NCBI GenBank assembly: GCA_035221665.1 | Contig: CM069161.1 | Coordinates: forward strand, 5,022,001 to 5,086,000 | Source: Okamejei kenojei | Taxonomy: Eukaryota | Direction: 5' to 3' | DNA length: 64,000 nucleotides | Shown here: positions 23,326 through 37,229 of the stretch, in pieces | How the letters are laid out: each line of letters begins with the position of its first letter | How positions within the stretch are numbered: position 1 is the stretch's first letter | Translations under genes and position numbers: made by a program | The notes under the pieces: generated by a model | Told to the model about the DNA's origin: nothing | The model's input: the letters and a program-made list of their open reading frames with translations, nothing else | The model's database searches: none

Positions 23326-23930
23326 AATGAGTTGCCAAGTTGAGGCAGGGGGAGGGATTGGGGGGGAAGGAGATTCATGTAATTCGCATACACATTCTTT
23401 GTAGGACTACCAAGACCAACATTGTCAGCGCCAATGCACATGGATGCCAGTCTCCTTCAGTAGAGTAGGTAGGGAACCAGTGGACCGAAAGACTTGGGTG
23501 GGAAGTGGACATTTACAAAATGAATGGAGACACAAGAAGATGCAGACGCTGGAATCTTGAGCAAAACACACAGTGCTGAACAAACTCAGTGGGTCAGGCA
23601 GCATCTGTGGAGGGAATGGACAGGCAATGTTTTGGGTTGGGATCCTTCTTCAGACTCAATGTATAGTTGAGAGAGAAAATTCACTCACAAGTACGGATGA
23701 AACAATAACTAGGTTTTTCTCTTCACAAATGCTGCCTGACCTGCTGTTAATATGATTTATCTTAAAAAGTTGCCTTCATGAGGTGATCAAAGACAAGTGG
23801 TACATAAGTCTTATAGTTACATTTATTTTTGTTAAGGGATGTGGTAAAGCAAGATTCATTTTACTTGATGATTCAGGGGGGGGCTCACAACTTTACAACA
23901 GATGAAATCAAAAGAAACCAAATAATCCAC

Positions 23931-24395
23931 TATAGAAACATAGAAAATAGGTGCAGGAGTAGGCCATTCGGCCCTTCGAGTCTGCACCGCCATTCAATAT
24001 GATCATGGCTGATCATCCAACTCAGTATCCTGTACCTGCCTTCTCTCCAAACCCCCAGATCCCCTTAGCCACAAGGGCCACATCTAACTCCCTCCTAAAT
24101 ATAGCCAATGAACTGGCCCAACTACCTTCTGTGGCAGAGAATTCCAGAGATTCACCACTCTCTGTGTGAAAAATGTTTTTCTCATCTAGGTCCTATAGGA
24201 ATTCCCCCTTATCCTTAAACTGTGACCCCTTGTTCTGGACTTCCCCAACATCGGGAATAATCTTCCTGCATCTAGCCTGTCCAACCCCTTAAGAATTTTG
24301 TAAGTTTCTATAAGATCCCCCCTCAATCTTCTAAATTCTACGAGTACAAGCCAAGTCTATCCAATCTTTCCTCTTATGAAAGTCCTGACATCCCA
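23931..24395 (-). mobile_element. Young 5'-truncated CR1/HER1 LINE
   Basis: Near-identical to 12677-13137, beginning with the reverse tail tatagaaacatagaaaataggtgcaggagtaggcc. Confidence 0.95.
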
Positions 24396-24429
24396 ACTAT
24401 TGCCTATTGCCGGTTCAATTTTTTATTTG

Positions 24430-24600
24430 TCAACGGGTCAAATTCCTGGAGCCTCCCATCTTACAGCTCTGTCAAAGTACTTTCTTCATGCAGTCTGGAG
24501 CAGTTCAGGATGGCACACCACCCACCTTCTCAAGGGCAATTAGGATGAATATCAAACGCTGGCACAGTTAGCGATACTCCATGTGGTAGAATCTTAAAAA
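24430..24600 (+). mobile_element. 3' end of an old CR1-group LINE (second family)
   Basis: gggtcaaattcctggagcctccc...caccacccaccttctcaagggcaattaggatg. An RT-region remnant likely of the same family lies at ~61870-62292 (minus). Confidence 0.55.
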
Positions 24601-25704
24601 AATATATTTATGTCCCTTTTGAAATTCAGGGAGCTATACAGTTTACAAGCAACAGATTTCTGGAATCGGGTATAAATTGGTTAGTGAACTGTTAACTACC
24701 AAAAAAAACCATGTTGTGCTTTTGAAGAGGCAATTCAAATCTTTTGAGCTTTCCTGTCACAATTCCAACCCATCATTCAGACAGTTTTAATGATATCAAC
24801 TTTCTAATATCTTACACATACACTAGGAGGTCAGTCCGTTGAAGTACACTAGGACGTTAGGTACTACAATCAGTTGCCAAAAATGACATAAGTAGCTCGC
24901 GTGTCAGGAATAACAACATTCTGCACAATTCAACCACTTCTCCGGTAATGACTGAAATGCCATTTTTGCAGCATTTTGATGTTTCCCCAGAAATCAGATG
25001 AGCTAAAGTTTAAAGCCATAGCAAGAATTTCCATTTATGATGCTGCTTTAATGATTTGGGATGTTCCTAAGTTCGGTTATCATAATGAATGTACGCTCTT
25101 CTTGAACCTGTTTTTACACATGTTCTCAAAACTGGAATACCCAATGAAAACTGTGGCTCATTTCTTCTGTATGAATGAAAGGTTTACTGCACGTTAACAA
25201 CGGCATAAAAATGCTAAACACCCTTTTCCTCAACCCCAATCACTGCTCTGTCCACACCTTCATCAATAGGGTCAATCATTTACCATTTGTTACATAACCA
25301 GTGCTTAACCCACCCAGAGCAGAATGTTGGCTGCTATCTTAATGTCACTCTTAATCCATTTATTTTTAGTAGCAGACAGAGGGATGGCGAGTGATTATTA
25401 TAAGTGTTTGCTAATTTTGCCAGCAATAGACGTTCAACTTAAGGATGTGAACAAAGTGATAGGAAGCTTTACAAACTGGAAGCGACAACAGAATCTTTCT
25501 TTCCCTCTCGATAGCATTTTCAAGGCATGGATGTTTCGACTGGAAATGTACAATGGGTTTTGTAAGTTTGAGTTGTATCATTTGGTCAAATATAATTGTA
25601 TTTACCATTTAATATTTCTATGTCATGAATTAGCTGCTGATGTTACAAACTCGTTTCTAGCATTGTGTATAATTTCTAATGGCATTGTTTTAAAAAACAA
25701 AAGT

Positions 25705-26370
25705 TAAGAGTCAAGAGAGTTCAATTGTCATATGTGCCATCAACAGAACAATTAAATTCTTACTTGCAGCAGCAACAAGCCTGTTCGCGCTAATACCCAT
25801 AGATAATATAAGAAAACAAAAATTCAATAAAGTGATAACCACAATACTAGTGCACCCCCCCCCCCCCCCCCGAGGTACTTAGTGCAACTGAAGACAATGC
25901 ATAGCACCTTTCCCCTGACCAGTCTGAAGAAGGGTCTCAACCCGAAACTGAACCCATTCCTTCTCCCCAGAGATGCTGCCTGTCCCGCTGAGTTAATTCA
26001 ACTTTTTGTGTCTATCTTCGGTTTAAACCAGCATTTGCAAAGGTGTGAGAGCGCTAAATGCAGTGCCCATTTCTGGATAATCCATGTACTACTGCAGACC
26101 TGGCACTGAACACTGCAATAGCATAACGATGTGTACAGCAGTGGCGTGCCACTATATAGCATTAGGACACGGAAGAAGATGACCAGCATTTGCCGTTCCT
26201 TCTTGCATATAGAAGTTCAGAGTTGAGGTTAGTTTTGTGTAGTGTTCAGGAGCATGAGAGTTGTGGAGAAGAAGCTAATTTTGAATCTGATGGTCACAGA
26301 CTCCTATACCTGCTTCATGATATAGCAGCAAAATGAGAATATGGCCATGAGAATGAGGGTCTTCGATACA
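25705..26370 (-). mobile_element. Rex1/Babar 3' fragment with nested Penelope pLTR (~25910-26040)
   Basis: Reverse tail agtcaagagagttcaattgtcatatgtg and reverse ORF end (gaagaagctaattttgaatctg...ctcctatacctgctt). The nested piece has ctgaagaagggtctcaacccgaaac. Confidence 0.7.
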
Positions 26371-27167
26371 AGCTTTACATAATTCACAATACATTTGCAA
26401 ATTTCTGTTTGGCACGTTATTGAAATCAGTTAAATACCTTGATGTTCGTTATCAATTCTGAGATGAAGCTAAACACTTCAGAATTGTATAGCAGCATTGG
26501 AAACTTCACAATAGCCCTTATTGTTCTCTGGTGAATTATTTCCAACTAACATAAATGAAAATCAATTTTTTGGATGATGTATTAAATGGAAGTTCGTCTC
26601 CCTGCATCAACTTGGGTAACTTCTCCGCATTCTACTCGATAGTATCCCATCATATTCTAGTGGCTTGCATCTCTCAAAAATGGCTGGCTGTTTATTTTGG
26701 ATTTTGGAATTTGGAATTGTTTACAGATTTTGATGTGGAACAACTCCATTCTCTGACTGGAATAGGTTGTTTCCTATCCAAAGATAAATCATTAACTGTT
26801 ACAGTGGAAGATGTATCAGTGTATTTTGTGTTAAATAAAAATATGAACACGATCATATTGTCTTGTCAAGTGGGGTGGCTACACTCCCAAAGGCTTAGCA
26901 TGTATTGGTGAATAAAGGATAAATTGCATGGAACACAATGGCCCTGTAATAATGTGCTGTATAATCTGCCTGGGTTTGCAGTCCAGACAAAAGCTGGTTT
27001 GGTAATAGCTTCATTCTCTTATCTATTGGCACACAGAGCAGCACCATCTGGTACATGCAATTGGATCTTTTTATGGACATTAATTTAACCACACTGAAGT
27101 AAATTTACATCACGTCAGTTTAATTATTTTGTGATAGCAAGATCAGCAATGATCTTTAGAGAGCTAC

Positions 27168-27610
27168 GGGCAGCATGCTGGCACAGCGGTAGAGTTGCTG
27201 CCTTACAGCGTCAGAGACCTGGGTTCGATCGTGACTACAGGTGCCTGTTTGTACGTATTTGTGAGTTCTCCCCGTGACCTGCGTGGGTTTTCCCCAGGTG
27301 CTTCAGTTTCCTCCCACACTCCAAAGACATAGGTTCATTGGCTTGGTAAAAATTGTAAATTGTCCCTAGTGTGTTAGATAGAGCTGTTAAAGATAGCGGA
27401 GTCAGGGGATATGGGGAGTAGGCAGGAACAGGGTACTGATTGTGGATGATCAGCCATGATCACAGTGAATGGCAGTTCTGGCTCGAAGGGCCGAATGGCC
27501 TACTCCTGCACCTATTGTCTATTGTATGTAGGATTGTGTTAATATGTGGGGATCGCTGGTCTTGGTGGGCCCAAGGGCCTGTTTCTGTGCTGTGTCTCTA
27601 AACTAAACTA
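27168..27610 (+). mobile_element. HE1 V-SINE with inserted CR1 tail (~27377-27525)
   Basis: A box tggcacagcggtagag, B box gggttcgatc, V-domain, ends ctctaaactaaacta. Confidence 0.9.
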
Positions 27611-30600
27611 ACGCTGCTTTTGTTCCATATGCGGGAACAATGGTTCATCCCAAATATTTACAGTGGAACACAATTATATTTATAATAGGACGCTGTCCTA
27701 TTATACATCACAGAATATGTTTATTTCTAAATTCTACATCTAAATTTCTATTGATGAAGGTGTGTAGTTGCAGTGGTTGGAGGGTTGGGGAGGGGGCAGC
27801 AGTGTGATGGTTCACTCTCTGTTTGAGGACATGTATAATAGGTTGCACAGGTCACCCTTGGACATGTATTCATCTCTCCCATTAATCCTATTTATCTGCC
27901 CCAGCAGTGGTCCACTATTAGTCTTTCTGTCACATGCAAATGGTGGTGAGGAGATTGGACATGTTGGATTTCCCTCCAGTTGTCCAGGGGCTGCCATGTA
28001 GAACGTTAGTGGTCAGTAACATCACCATTGAAGGAGTGGGACCAATGAATGAGGCTCTTGATGCAACTGCTGACAATCTCAGCCTTGGCTAATGTTTTTG
28101 TTAGGTCGTTGTCTTGGTACAAGCTGCTTGGTTCTTTCCAAGCGGTTTCATTGACACATCTAATGCTGAAGGGGTATTATCATCAACATTCTCTTCGTGT
28201 TGGTACCTTTTGATAGAGGAATGCCATTGCAAGGCAGAAGAACGTTTCTGAGGAGCCTTGGCCGAGGGTTTGAGTTGAGTTGAGTTTAGTTTATTGTCAC
28301 CTGTACCAAGGTACAGTGGAAAGCTGGGGCTGATTTGGTGTGTTGGGTGGATTTTGTTCTCCTTGTTTAGAGAGTTCAACACCCTCCTAATTTAACTGGT
28401 CTTCCATTAGACAGAGACTGGGAATCTCTTCAGGATATTTCCTGAAGAGCTAAATTGAGATAGGATTGAAGGGTACAAAGACCCGTGGGAGATCCCAAAG
28501 GTGTGACCGGCTTACAGTGACCGGGCTAATATTTGTTCCTTAGACAACCATGGGTACTTGACACCTTGCTGTGTTTGTTTTTTTAACCTGCGACTAATTC
28601 ATCAAGTGAAATATTTTGCGCAAAGTAACTTCATGTTTTGGGTCTTCTAAGAATTAAGAAATGCTACATTGGTGTTCTTTTTGTATCCATGGCATGTTTA
28701 GAAGACACAGTTAAGTCTCTCATTGGGTTTGATCCATGAACTTTCTCAAGATATGCGGTGCTTTGGTGAAGTTTGTTAATATCCACCTGTTGAATCAGTA
28801 CTAAAGAAATTAAACCAAACATTTCTCATGAGGGTCCTTAACTTAATATAAATCCTTGGTCTTCCAATTTCTTTTTTTAACTTGCTCCTGTTAGTATGCC
28901 AGTGTTGTTATTAGTACGAACCATTGTGTGAACTGGAGCACATCAGCAGCTTAATGTGCAAAAGCATTTGGGAAAACACTGCAAGATGAAGATGTCAGGA
29001 ATGATTTAGCATAACATTAAAAAGTTGCTTGCTTTAGTCAGATGTTTGTCTTGTGATATGATCTTTTTGTAAAGCTTATCGAACATTTTTTGTGCAACAT
29101 GAACAAAGAAATGATTGTCATTGAATGTTATGCTGCTGAAAAGGTTGTAGCATGAAATGCTTTGCCACAATGAGCTGTTGAGGTAAAACCATTACAACAG
29201 TAGGTGGAGATGCAGGGTATAAATAGAGAGCTTGGCATGCTGCCTCTGCTTTGTTCGTGCAGGGAGCTGCCATCCACATAGTGAGTCTACTGCTCCCTTC
29301 AGTATTGCAAAGTTGTGTTGTGTTAAGTTTCCCCGAGGCTACCATGTGTGTTGCAAGGCATATCAGGGAGCCTACAAGGAAACAATAAACTGATAGGGGA
29401 AACAGTTCAGAGCTGAGAACGTCAGGAGAAAAAGGTATTGTTGTGAGGAATGGTCCATGAGAAAGACTGACACGTTGAGAAGCGACCCTGGGAATGGCCA
29501 GAAGACAAATTGATAAATACAAGGCAATGGGTCCAATTCATATAACTACAGAAATGTTTAAAACAGTGACACCAGCTGGTGTCATCTGCAGCCAGTAAAA
29601 CAATGGTAAGCGCATTTTATATGGCATGAACAATGAAGAATACAGAATTGGTTTGCAATGGAATAAATGTTATTTTTCAATCTGCCTGATCCGTTGAGTG
29701 CCTCCAGCAGTTTTGTTTTTGGAAGTGGCTTGTTGTGTTACCAAAAAAACAGAAATTTCATTTGTGCTACAATTTGTTTGTGCCGCAATAAAATCTATTA
29801 GTTTTACAAACTTCTTATTGCAGGTTGTTTGTATATGGTAAATAGGATTATCTGTGCCACAGATCTACAGTGAACGCACGTGTTGCAAAGGCAGCTTGGA
29901 GAACTACTGAATATTTCCTTCTCCTATCTATGCTTGCCATTTCTGAACCATGAACGAAAGGTCTATGATGGGAACAGATACTGGGCGATCTTCAAGGTGA
30001 TTCAGGCTCCTGTGGTTGAACATGCTGGTTGGATCTCAAGAATCAAAACTGGCATCAAAAGAAAACAGTTTAGCTTTTAAATGACCATTACTGTATTGAT
30101 CTGCATTAAACTTTAGATTTCCATTTAAAGGGGACCTACAAAATAGTGGTTATGACTTTTAAAAAGGGAAGTAACACTCTGCATGTAACCAATATAATGT
30201 TGTCATAACATCTTGCAATAAACTTTAATTGTTCTTGGTCAAAGGAAGTGGTTTAGCATTTTTTTACAGCTGATCGTTGTTTAAGTGAGAGCTTGGATTT
30301 TTCAACATTTGTATTCAAAGGCACATTCATGTTGTTAGTTTACATGTGAATGTATTTTTTCTTTTTCGTGGATTAGTTTAAATTGTGATGCAAATACCTT
30401 GGCTCATGACGTAAATATTTCATGTGTCGTCAAGACATAAATGTCATTATTTCCCTCTGCCACATTGCATTAAAATTGTGTTAAAGGAAAGGTACAGATA
30501 GTAATTGAACTAGTGGAGTTAAGTGGCTGTATCATTGTAACTAATCGGACTATGAATCGGGTTTAAGTGTCCCTGTCAACCTTTTAAGGAGTGGATTCCC

Positions 30601-31639
30601 ATTCGAAGAATTTGTGCCTTTCCATTTTGTGTTGCATCAACTGAATGTGATGTAAATTATGCCATGTGGTGGGCTTGTGGATTATCCTGTGCTTTAGGTT
30701 TGGTAGGCAATGGCGTGAGAGATAGATTATTAGACGAGCTACAAACGTTTTTTTAATTTTGTTAGAAGGATTTGCTCTTTAATCCTAACATTGACACAAA
30801 ATGCAGGAGGTACTCGGTGGGACAGGCAGCATCTACGAAGAGAAGGAATGGGTGACGTTTTGGGTCGAGACCCTTCTTCAGACTAGAGTCAGGGGAGAGG
30901 GAAACGAGAGATATAGAAGGTGATGTAAAAAAGTTATAGCACAAATGAATGAAAGATATACAAAAAAGTAACGGTGATAAGGAAAACAGGGCATTGTTCG
31001 CCTGGTGGGAACGAGAAGCTGATTAAAGTTAGACGACATATTTTAATGCTAAAACCAACTGAAGTGATTAGGCATCTCTACTGACAATTATGTTTGGCGA
31101 TCCCACTGCTGTAACTGATTACGATTAGTTTTATGGATATAATTTATACGTAACTTTTTCTTCACATGCTGATTTTTTTAAATCTCTGTGGAAATTACAC
31201 TGCTTTTATTGGGACAAGTCACTGCAGTTTGCTTCCAACTGCTCTTTAAATAAGCCATTTTCTGAATAAGTTGATAAGGTTCACTGAACTTTAGATCAGT
31301 CTGTATTAACGTTGGACTTTTGCACTTTACGGGAGCTCGTTTGTATGGGCATCCATAGGTCGGGCATTCATAACCTGGGGGTGGCCTGTACTAAAACAGA
31401 AACTGTCCCTATACATGTGAATAGGTTAGATGAGCAATTGCTGGAGGAGGAGCAAGTAATTAGGTAGAGAGAAAACAAGGACACAAAATAAGTTTGGAGG
31501 ATATGAAGCTTTGGCTGATTAAATCAAATGACCTGTTCCTGTGTTTATTTTTTTTGTAATATGATTGTTTTGAACTACATTACATATTCATGATTCCATC
31601 CATAATGGTGGGGCACTGTGGAGGAGGCAAGCGGAATTG

Positions 31640-32060
31640 AAAGATACATTGTGGGAACAGGCCCTTTGGCCACAGAGTCCACGTCGTCCATCAGTTTACT
31701 CTATACCTGTTTACTCTAGCTCTATGTTATCACATTTTTACACCCACTCCCTACCCACTAGGGGCAATGTACAGAGGCCAATTAACGTACAAACTGAAGG
31801 TAAACACAAAACGCTGGAGTAACTCAGAGGGTCAGACAGCATCTATGGAGAAAAAGAATAGGGGACGTTTCAGGTCGAGTCCCGAAATGCCACCTGTTCC
31901 TTTTCTCCAGAGATGTTGTCTGACCCGCTGAGTTACTCCAGCTTTTTGTGTCTATCTTCAGTTTGAACCAGCTTCTGCATTTCCTTCCTACCCTTAGCCT
32001 ACAATCTGCATGTCTTTAGGATGTGGGAGGAAATTGGAGGAAACTCACAGGTACCAACTG
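31640..32060 (-). mobile_element. HE1 V-SINE fragment interrupted by fold-back Penelope-pLTR element (~31797-31992)
   Basis: Reverse SINE tail ggaacaggccctttggcc. The insert is an inverted repeat of ctggagtaactcag.gggtcagacagcatct, with a decayed TSD ttaacgtacaaact / ttagcctacaatct. Confidence 0.8.
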
Positions 32061-32545
32061 TGTCACTGCTACAAAACGTTACACAACGTTTCCTATGGTT
32101 ACTTAATACTATTCAAAATGATCTTATTACAAAGACATTCGTTCCAAAGACGAGCTGCTTGATTTAACCAGTCTGGGTTGTTCTTCCTCACTAATCCCAT
32201 GTCCCAGACCTACAATACTCATCATCTTGCCCTTTAGCCTTCGCTGATGTCACTATTCAAGTACTGACATGGTCAGTCTGAAGAAGCGTCTCGATCCGAA
32301 AAGCCGCCAATTCCTTCTCTCCATAGATGCTGCCTCACCCGCTGAGTTGCTCCAGCAATTTTTTATCTACCTATGGTCTTTCTTCAGTCGTGATTTCCAG
32401 GGATGCAAAAACATAATTTTTTGAGTATTTTAAGTTGGAATGCTTTTATGCTGTTTTTAAAATAAAATTGCAATAATCAAACATGTCGGCATAATTTTAT
32501 TCACCGTTTGACTGACTAATGGAGAATGGCATTTACGGCAGCTGA

Positions 32546-32950
32546 AGGCAGCAGTAGAGTTGCTGCCTTACAGCACCAGTGACCCAGGTTCCGTCCTGAC
32601 TACGGGTGCTGTCTATGCGGAGTTTTTACCTTTTCCCTGTAAACACGTGGAATTCTTCCGTGTGTTCCGGTTTCCTCCCCCACTCCAAAGACATTCAGGT
32701 TTTAGGCTGGTTGGCTTCTGTAAATTGTAAATTGTCCCTAGTGCGTGTAGGATTGTGTTAATGTGCGGGGATCACAGGTCTGCGCGGGCTCGGTGGGCCG
32801 AGGGGCCTGTTTCCATGTTGTATCTCTGAACTAAACGAAACTAAAGATACTTTTGTTCCTTATGTGGGCATAAGGTAATGCTAGTGTATGGGGTGATCAC
32901 TGGTCAGTATAGACTCAGTGGGCTGAAGGGCCTGTTTCCACGCTGTAGCT
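32546..32950 (+). mobile_element. HE1 V-SINE plus duplicated 3' tail
   Basis: gcagcagtagagttgctgccttacagc...V-domain...gggcctgtttccatgttgtatctctgaactaaac. A second tail runs to ~32950. Confidence 0.88.
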
Positions 32951-33677
32951 CCGAAGTTTCAAGAAGTGTGAAGAAGAGAAAATATTTCTTCCAACTGTTC
33001 TGTCTCCCTCCGTTAAGACCAATATTGCAGGGAGTGATATGCAAGTATCTCGTTCCCACCCCTTTCAAGTATCTACTTGGACAACAGGATCAACTTGAAC
33101 AAACTAGGTGGTTAAAGTCTGTAATAAGACCCCTCAAGATACAGAGAGCCCCCGTGTACCAACTTGTCTAAGATGCTAGGGCTCTCTGTTCTGTAAATCT
33201 AGGTTCTACGACGTAGCTAAGACCTTAATTGGAATTACAAATGACAGACTTGTGAATCACGCTTCTGCCCATGTGTCTTGTCGTTCAGTCGCCTTAGCTG
33301 TGCTCCTGAAATGGGACAATGTCATCTACCTTTTAAATGACACTGCCCGCGTTGCCTTTGTTGAAGGTGTACTTGGTAGAGCAAAGATCAGTAAGAGTAA
33401 AGACATTAGTGCGATTAGTACAAGAGAGCTGACCTCATGAATGTCGGACAAAAACACATTAAAGATTAATGCTTTTTATTCCTCCGAAAGAACAATTTTG
33501 ATGCATCAGCAATATGAAGACAGAAAAAAAATTTGCCCTGTACTTGACAAAATAAAACGTGATTATAGATTATGGAGAGAATTGTAAAATGTTATCCAAC
33601 ACTCATACACTGTTAGGAGAACACTGCATACTTTTTATATGGTATATCCATGTGCAGGACATCAATCAACATTCAGT

Positions 33678-33859
33678 GTACACAAAAGGCTGGAGAAACT
33701 CAGCGGGTGCAGCAGCATCTAAGGAGCGAAGGAGATAGGCAACGTTTCGGGCCGAAACGTTGCCTATCTCCTTCGCTCCTTAGATGCTGCTGCACCCGCT
33801 GAGTTTCTCCAGCCTTTTGTGTACCCTCGATTTTCCAGCATCTGCAGTTCCTTCTTTAA
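33678..33859. mobile_element. Fold-back Penelope-pLTR element with 15-bp TSD
   Basis: TSD CAATCAACATTCAGT (33663-33677, 33860-33874). Palindrome gtacacaaaaggctgg...aacgtttcgg-g-ccgaaacgtt...ccagccttttgtgtac. Confidence 0.92.
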
Positions 33860-34249
33860 CAATCAACATTCAGTAAACACAGATACTGAGCACTCACAGT
33901 GATCAAAACAACACTCACATTATCTGCTTTTCATTTTACCAACAAGTTCTCTTAGGTAGGAAATGTAAAAATAAATATTGTGATCACAAACTTGTGCAGG
34001 TTAGTAGGTTAATTACCACTGGAAATTGGCCCTGGTGTGTAGCCAACTGTGGGAAATTGAGCAGAATACAATGAGATCAGTGCAAATGGGTTCATCCTAG
34101 CCAGTGTGAACTTGATGGGCCGATAGGCTTGTTTCCATGCTCCATGCACTGTCAAACCCAACAATGTTTTTACTAATCAGAAATGCAATTTGCCTCCATC
34201 ACATACTGTCAATACATGTGACTTAACATATTGGGTGACAATAAAGTGG

Positions 34250-34460
34250 GATTAGCATTTATATTGTATTCTTCACGGCATTCTTTAGCATCTTGTAACT
34301 AATGAAGTCAGTCTGAGATATGACACACATAACAACTCCCACAAATAGCAAACTGTGTGGTAATCTGTTTTAGTAATGTTGGGCGATGGATAAATGTTGA
34401 ACAGAGGACAGGCTGGATCCCATGCTCTTCAAAATTAATTCATATCTTCATATGACATTG
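34250..34460 (-). mobile_element. Ancient DeuSINE fragment
   Basis: ctcccacaaatagcaa...taatctgttttagtaatgttgggcgatggataaatgttg...tgctcttcaaaat resembles the Deu domain seen at 17630 and 46405. Confidence 0.55.
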
Positions 34461-34504
34461 GGGAGATAGCTAGGCTATTGGTCCAAGTTCTAAAATAGCT
34501 AACA

Positions 34505-35160
34505 TAAAACAATTCTTCCAGTTTGATGACCTCGAAAAGATCATCCACACATTTATCTCCTCCCGCCTAGATTAGTGCAACTCCCTTTACACTGGCATCA
34601 GCCAATCTTCCCTGTCCCGCCTGCAACTGGTCCAAAACGCCGCAGCGAGACTCCTGACGGGCACCCGAAAAAGGGACCACGTCACCCCGATCCTGGCCTC
34701 TCTCCCTGTGCGGATCCAAATAAATTTCAAGATCCTCCTTTATGTCTACAAAGTCCTCAATGGGCTTGCCCCCACCTACATCAAAAGTCTGCTTACCCAC
34801 CACACCACCTCCAGGTTCCTCAGGTCGGCTGACTTGGTGTTACTGAAGATCCCGCGATCTCGGCATAAGCTCACGGGCGACCCAGCCTTTGCGATTGCAG
34901 CTCCTAGATTGTGGAACAGCATCACCTCTTCCCATCAGAGCTGCCCCCTCCATCGACTCCTTTAAGTCGAGACTTAAAACTCATCTCTACTCCCAAGCCT
35001 TTTTTGACATCCTCTGAGCGAGGGCTATATGTGTGTAGTGATATTTGTATTTAATCTATGAACCGCTGTTGTTTGTTATACTACTCTTATACCAATGTAA
35101 AGCACTTTGGCCAACAAGAGTTGTTTTTTAAATGTGCTATATAAATAAAAGTGACTTGAA
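34505..35160 (+). mobile_element. L2 LINE 3' fragment
   Basis: LEKIIHTFISSRLD*CNSL...LQLVQNAAARLLTG..KRDHVTPILASL and RIQINFKILLYVYKVLNGLAPTY. The 3' end has gtaaagcactttgg...aaatgtgctatataaataaaa. Confidence 0.93.
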
Positions 35161-36337
35161 GTTCAATATTTTCTGGCTTAATGTGCATGACAATGAAGTT
35201 CTTGCGTACTCCAGCTTTACAAGCACATTAAACGTAACAACACAACAAATAAATATACCATTAAGTTAACAGTTATACAATGTAAACAAGACCATAATAG
35301 CGCAATCCATAGTGGGAAGTACAGCCACAGTCGTACAAAGTCCATTCGAGTTTGTTGCTGCTCTATATCAGTACATATCCTGATGGAGATACAGTATACC
35401 CTTTATAGTATGGGGCTCCAAGCTATTCATCGTGGCTTTTGGTACACAGCAAGTTTGCTAAGAAATAAGTGTATATTTGGATCAACATATGTGAGATGAC
35501 GAATGAAAATAACGACTTTGGTCGTATGTGTACAAAAATCAATTTATGAAGTCCAAGTTGTAGTTTAATCTGTTAATTTTATAAACCTTTTTTTTCTTTG
35601 CCCTTTTGTGGACTATTAATCTGGAGGGGTGGACAAATGATCAAAACCAGTTTAAAAACTAACACTGCATTTAGGAATTAAAATTCAGTTACTTAAGTAC
35701 TTATAATACAAAGTTCAATTAATGGTGACTGTTAAATTAGTCGATACTTTTACACACGCCAACAGGTTAACTCTTTTCGGGAAGAAACCATCCTATTCAA
35801 CAAAACTTAGCATGATGTCACATCCACAGTATCCCCAGTATCACTCGACAGTGAAATGGCCGGATAGGTCGGGAGAAATGAAACACTGAAGATGTTGGAC
35901 TGAAAAGTTGAAAATCCTCCTCATTCCCCCAAACAGATGCTGTTCGATCTTCTGAATTCCTCCAGCAGTTTGTTTTGTAGCAAGTCGCAGACTTGTAACA
36001 TGTTTATATCCAAAAATAGAAGAAAGAAAGCTGGAGAAGTTATCTGGTGTGATGTTCAATCATTTCAGAGGCAATCCCACCCAGGACATCAGCTGAAGAT
36101 GTGCTGAATTGGCAGAGTTGGCCAAGCAACTGCCTAGCATCATCGTGTCCGCACAGTCAACATTTTTGAGATTCCTCCATCAGCCTCTCTTGGTCTGACT
36201 AGTCCTACATGTCTGAGAGGACCACCAATGAAGTTCTTTAACATTGTATCTGGACCAAATGAAGCCTAATGGCATCAGGTGAAACATGGGTGAAGAAATC
36301 ACCTGGTGATTAAATCCATTGTTCATTCTTAGCCGAA

Positions 36338-37030
36338 GCAGAGAAGGTTGAAAACTTCAAATTTATAGGAGTGAATACCATCAAAAACCTCTCCTGGACC
36401 ACCCCTATTGAAGCAATGACCATGAAAGCACACCAAGGCCTCTACTTCCTCAGAAGGCTCAGGAAGTTCGGCATGTCCCTGCAACTCTCACCAACTTATA
36501 CAGATGCACCATGGAAAGCATTTTATCAGGATGCATCAGCTCCAACCAACGAGCTGATGCATCCTGCAAGTCCAAGACCGCAAGAAATTGCAGCAAATTG
36601 TGGACGCAGCCCAGACCATCACACAAACCAACCTCCCATCCATTGACTCTATTTATACCCCCAAGGCCGGTAGCATAATCAAGGGCAAGTCGCACCCTGG
36701 CCACTCCCTCTTCTCCCCTCTCCCATCAGGCAAAAGGTACAGAAGTGTGAAAAGGCACACCTCCAGATTCAGCTGCTGTCAGGCAACTGAATCATCCTAC
36801 CACAACCAGAGAGCAGTGCAGAACTACTATCTACCTCTTTGGTGACCCTCAGTCTATCCTTGATTGGTCTTTGCTGGCTTTACCTTGCACTAAACGTTAT
36901 TCCCTTATCATGCATCTATGCACTGTAAATGGCTCGATTGTAATCATGTATTGTCTTTTCCCTGTGGACAGCACACAAAAAAAGCCTTCCACTGTACCTC
37001 AGTACACATGACAATAATGAAAGCTGAGTT
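36338..37030 (+). mobile_element. Rex1/Babar LINE 3' fragment
   Basis: KAHQGLYFLRRLRKFG and HPGHSLFSPLPSGKRYRS, with tail cactgtacctcagtacacatgacaataa. Confidence 0.9.
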
Positions 37031-37229
37031 GAGGTATGTAGTCAGAGAGCGCCATTAACCTGAAACATTGTATAACGCTGGAGAATAAATTAAACTGGGG
37101 GGGTTGGTCCATAAAGAGGATGATGAGGAATATGTGAAGTTAAGAATCTATGCTTTGAATTGCACAAAGAGTAGTGATCTAAATCGGTGAGTTACAATCA
37201 CAAATGTGATAGAATAACAACGACAGTCA

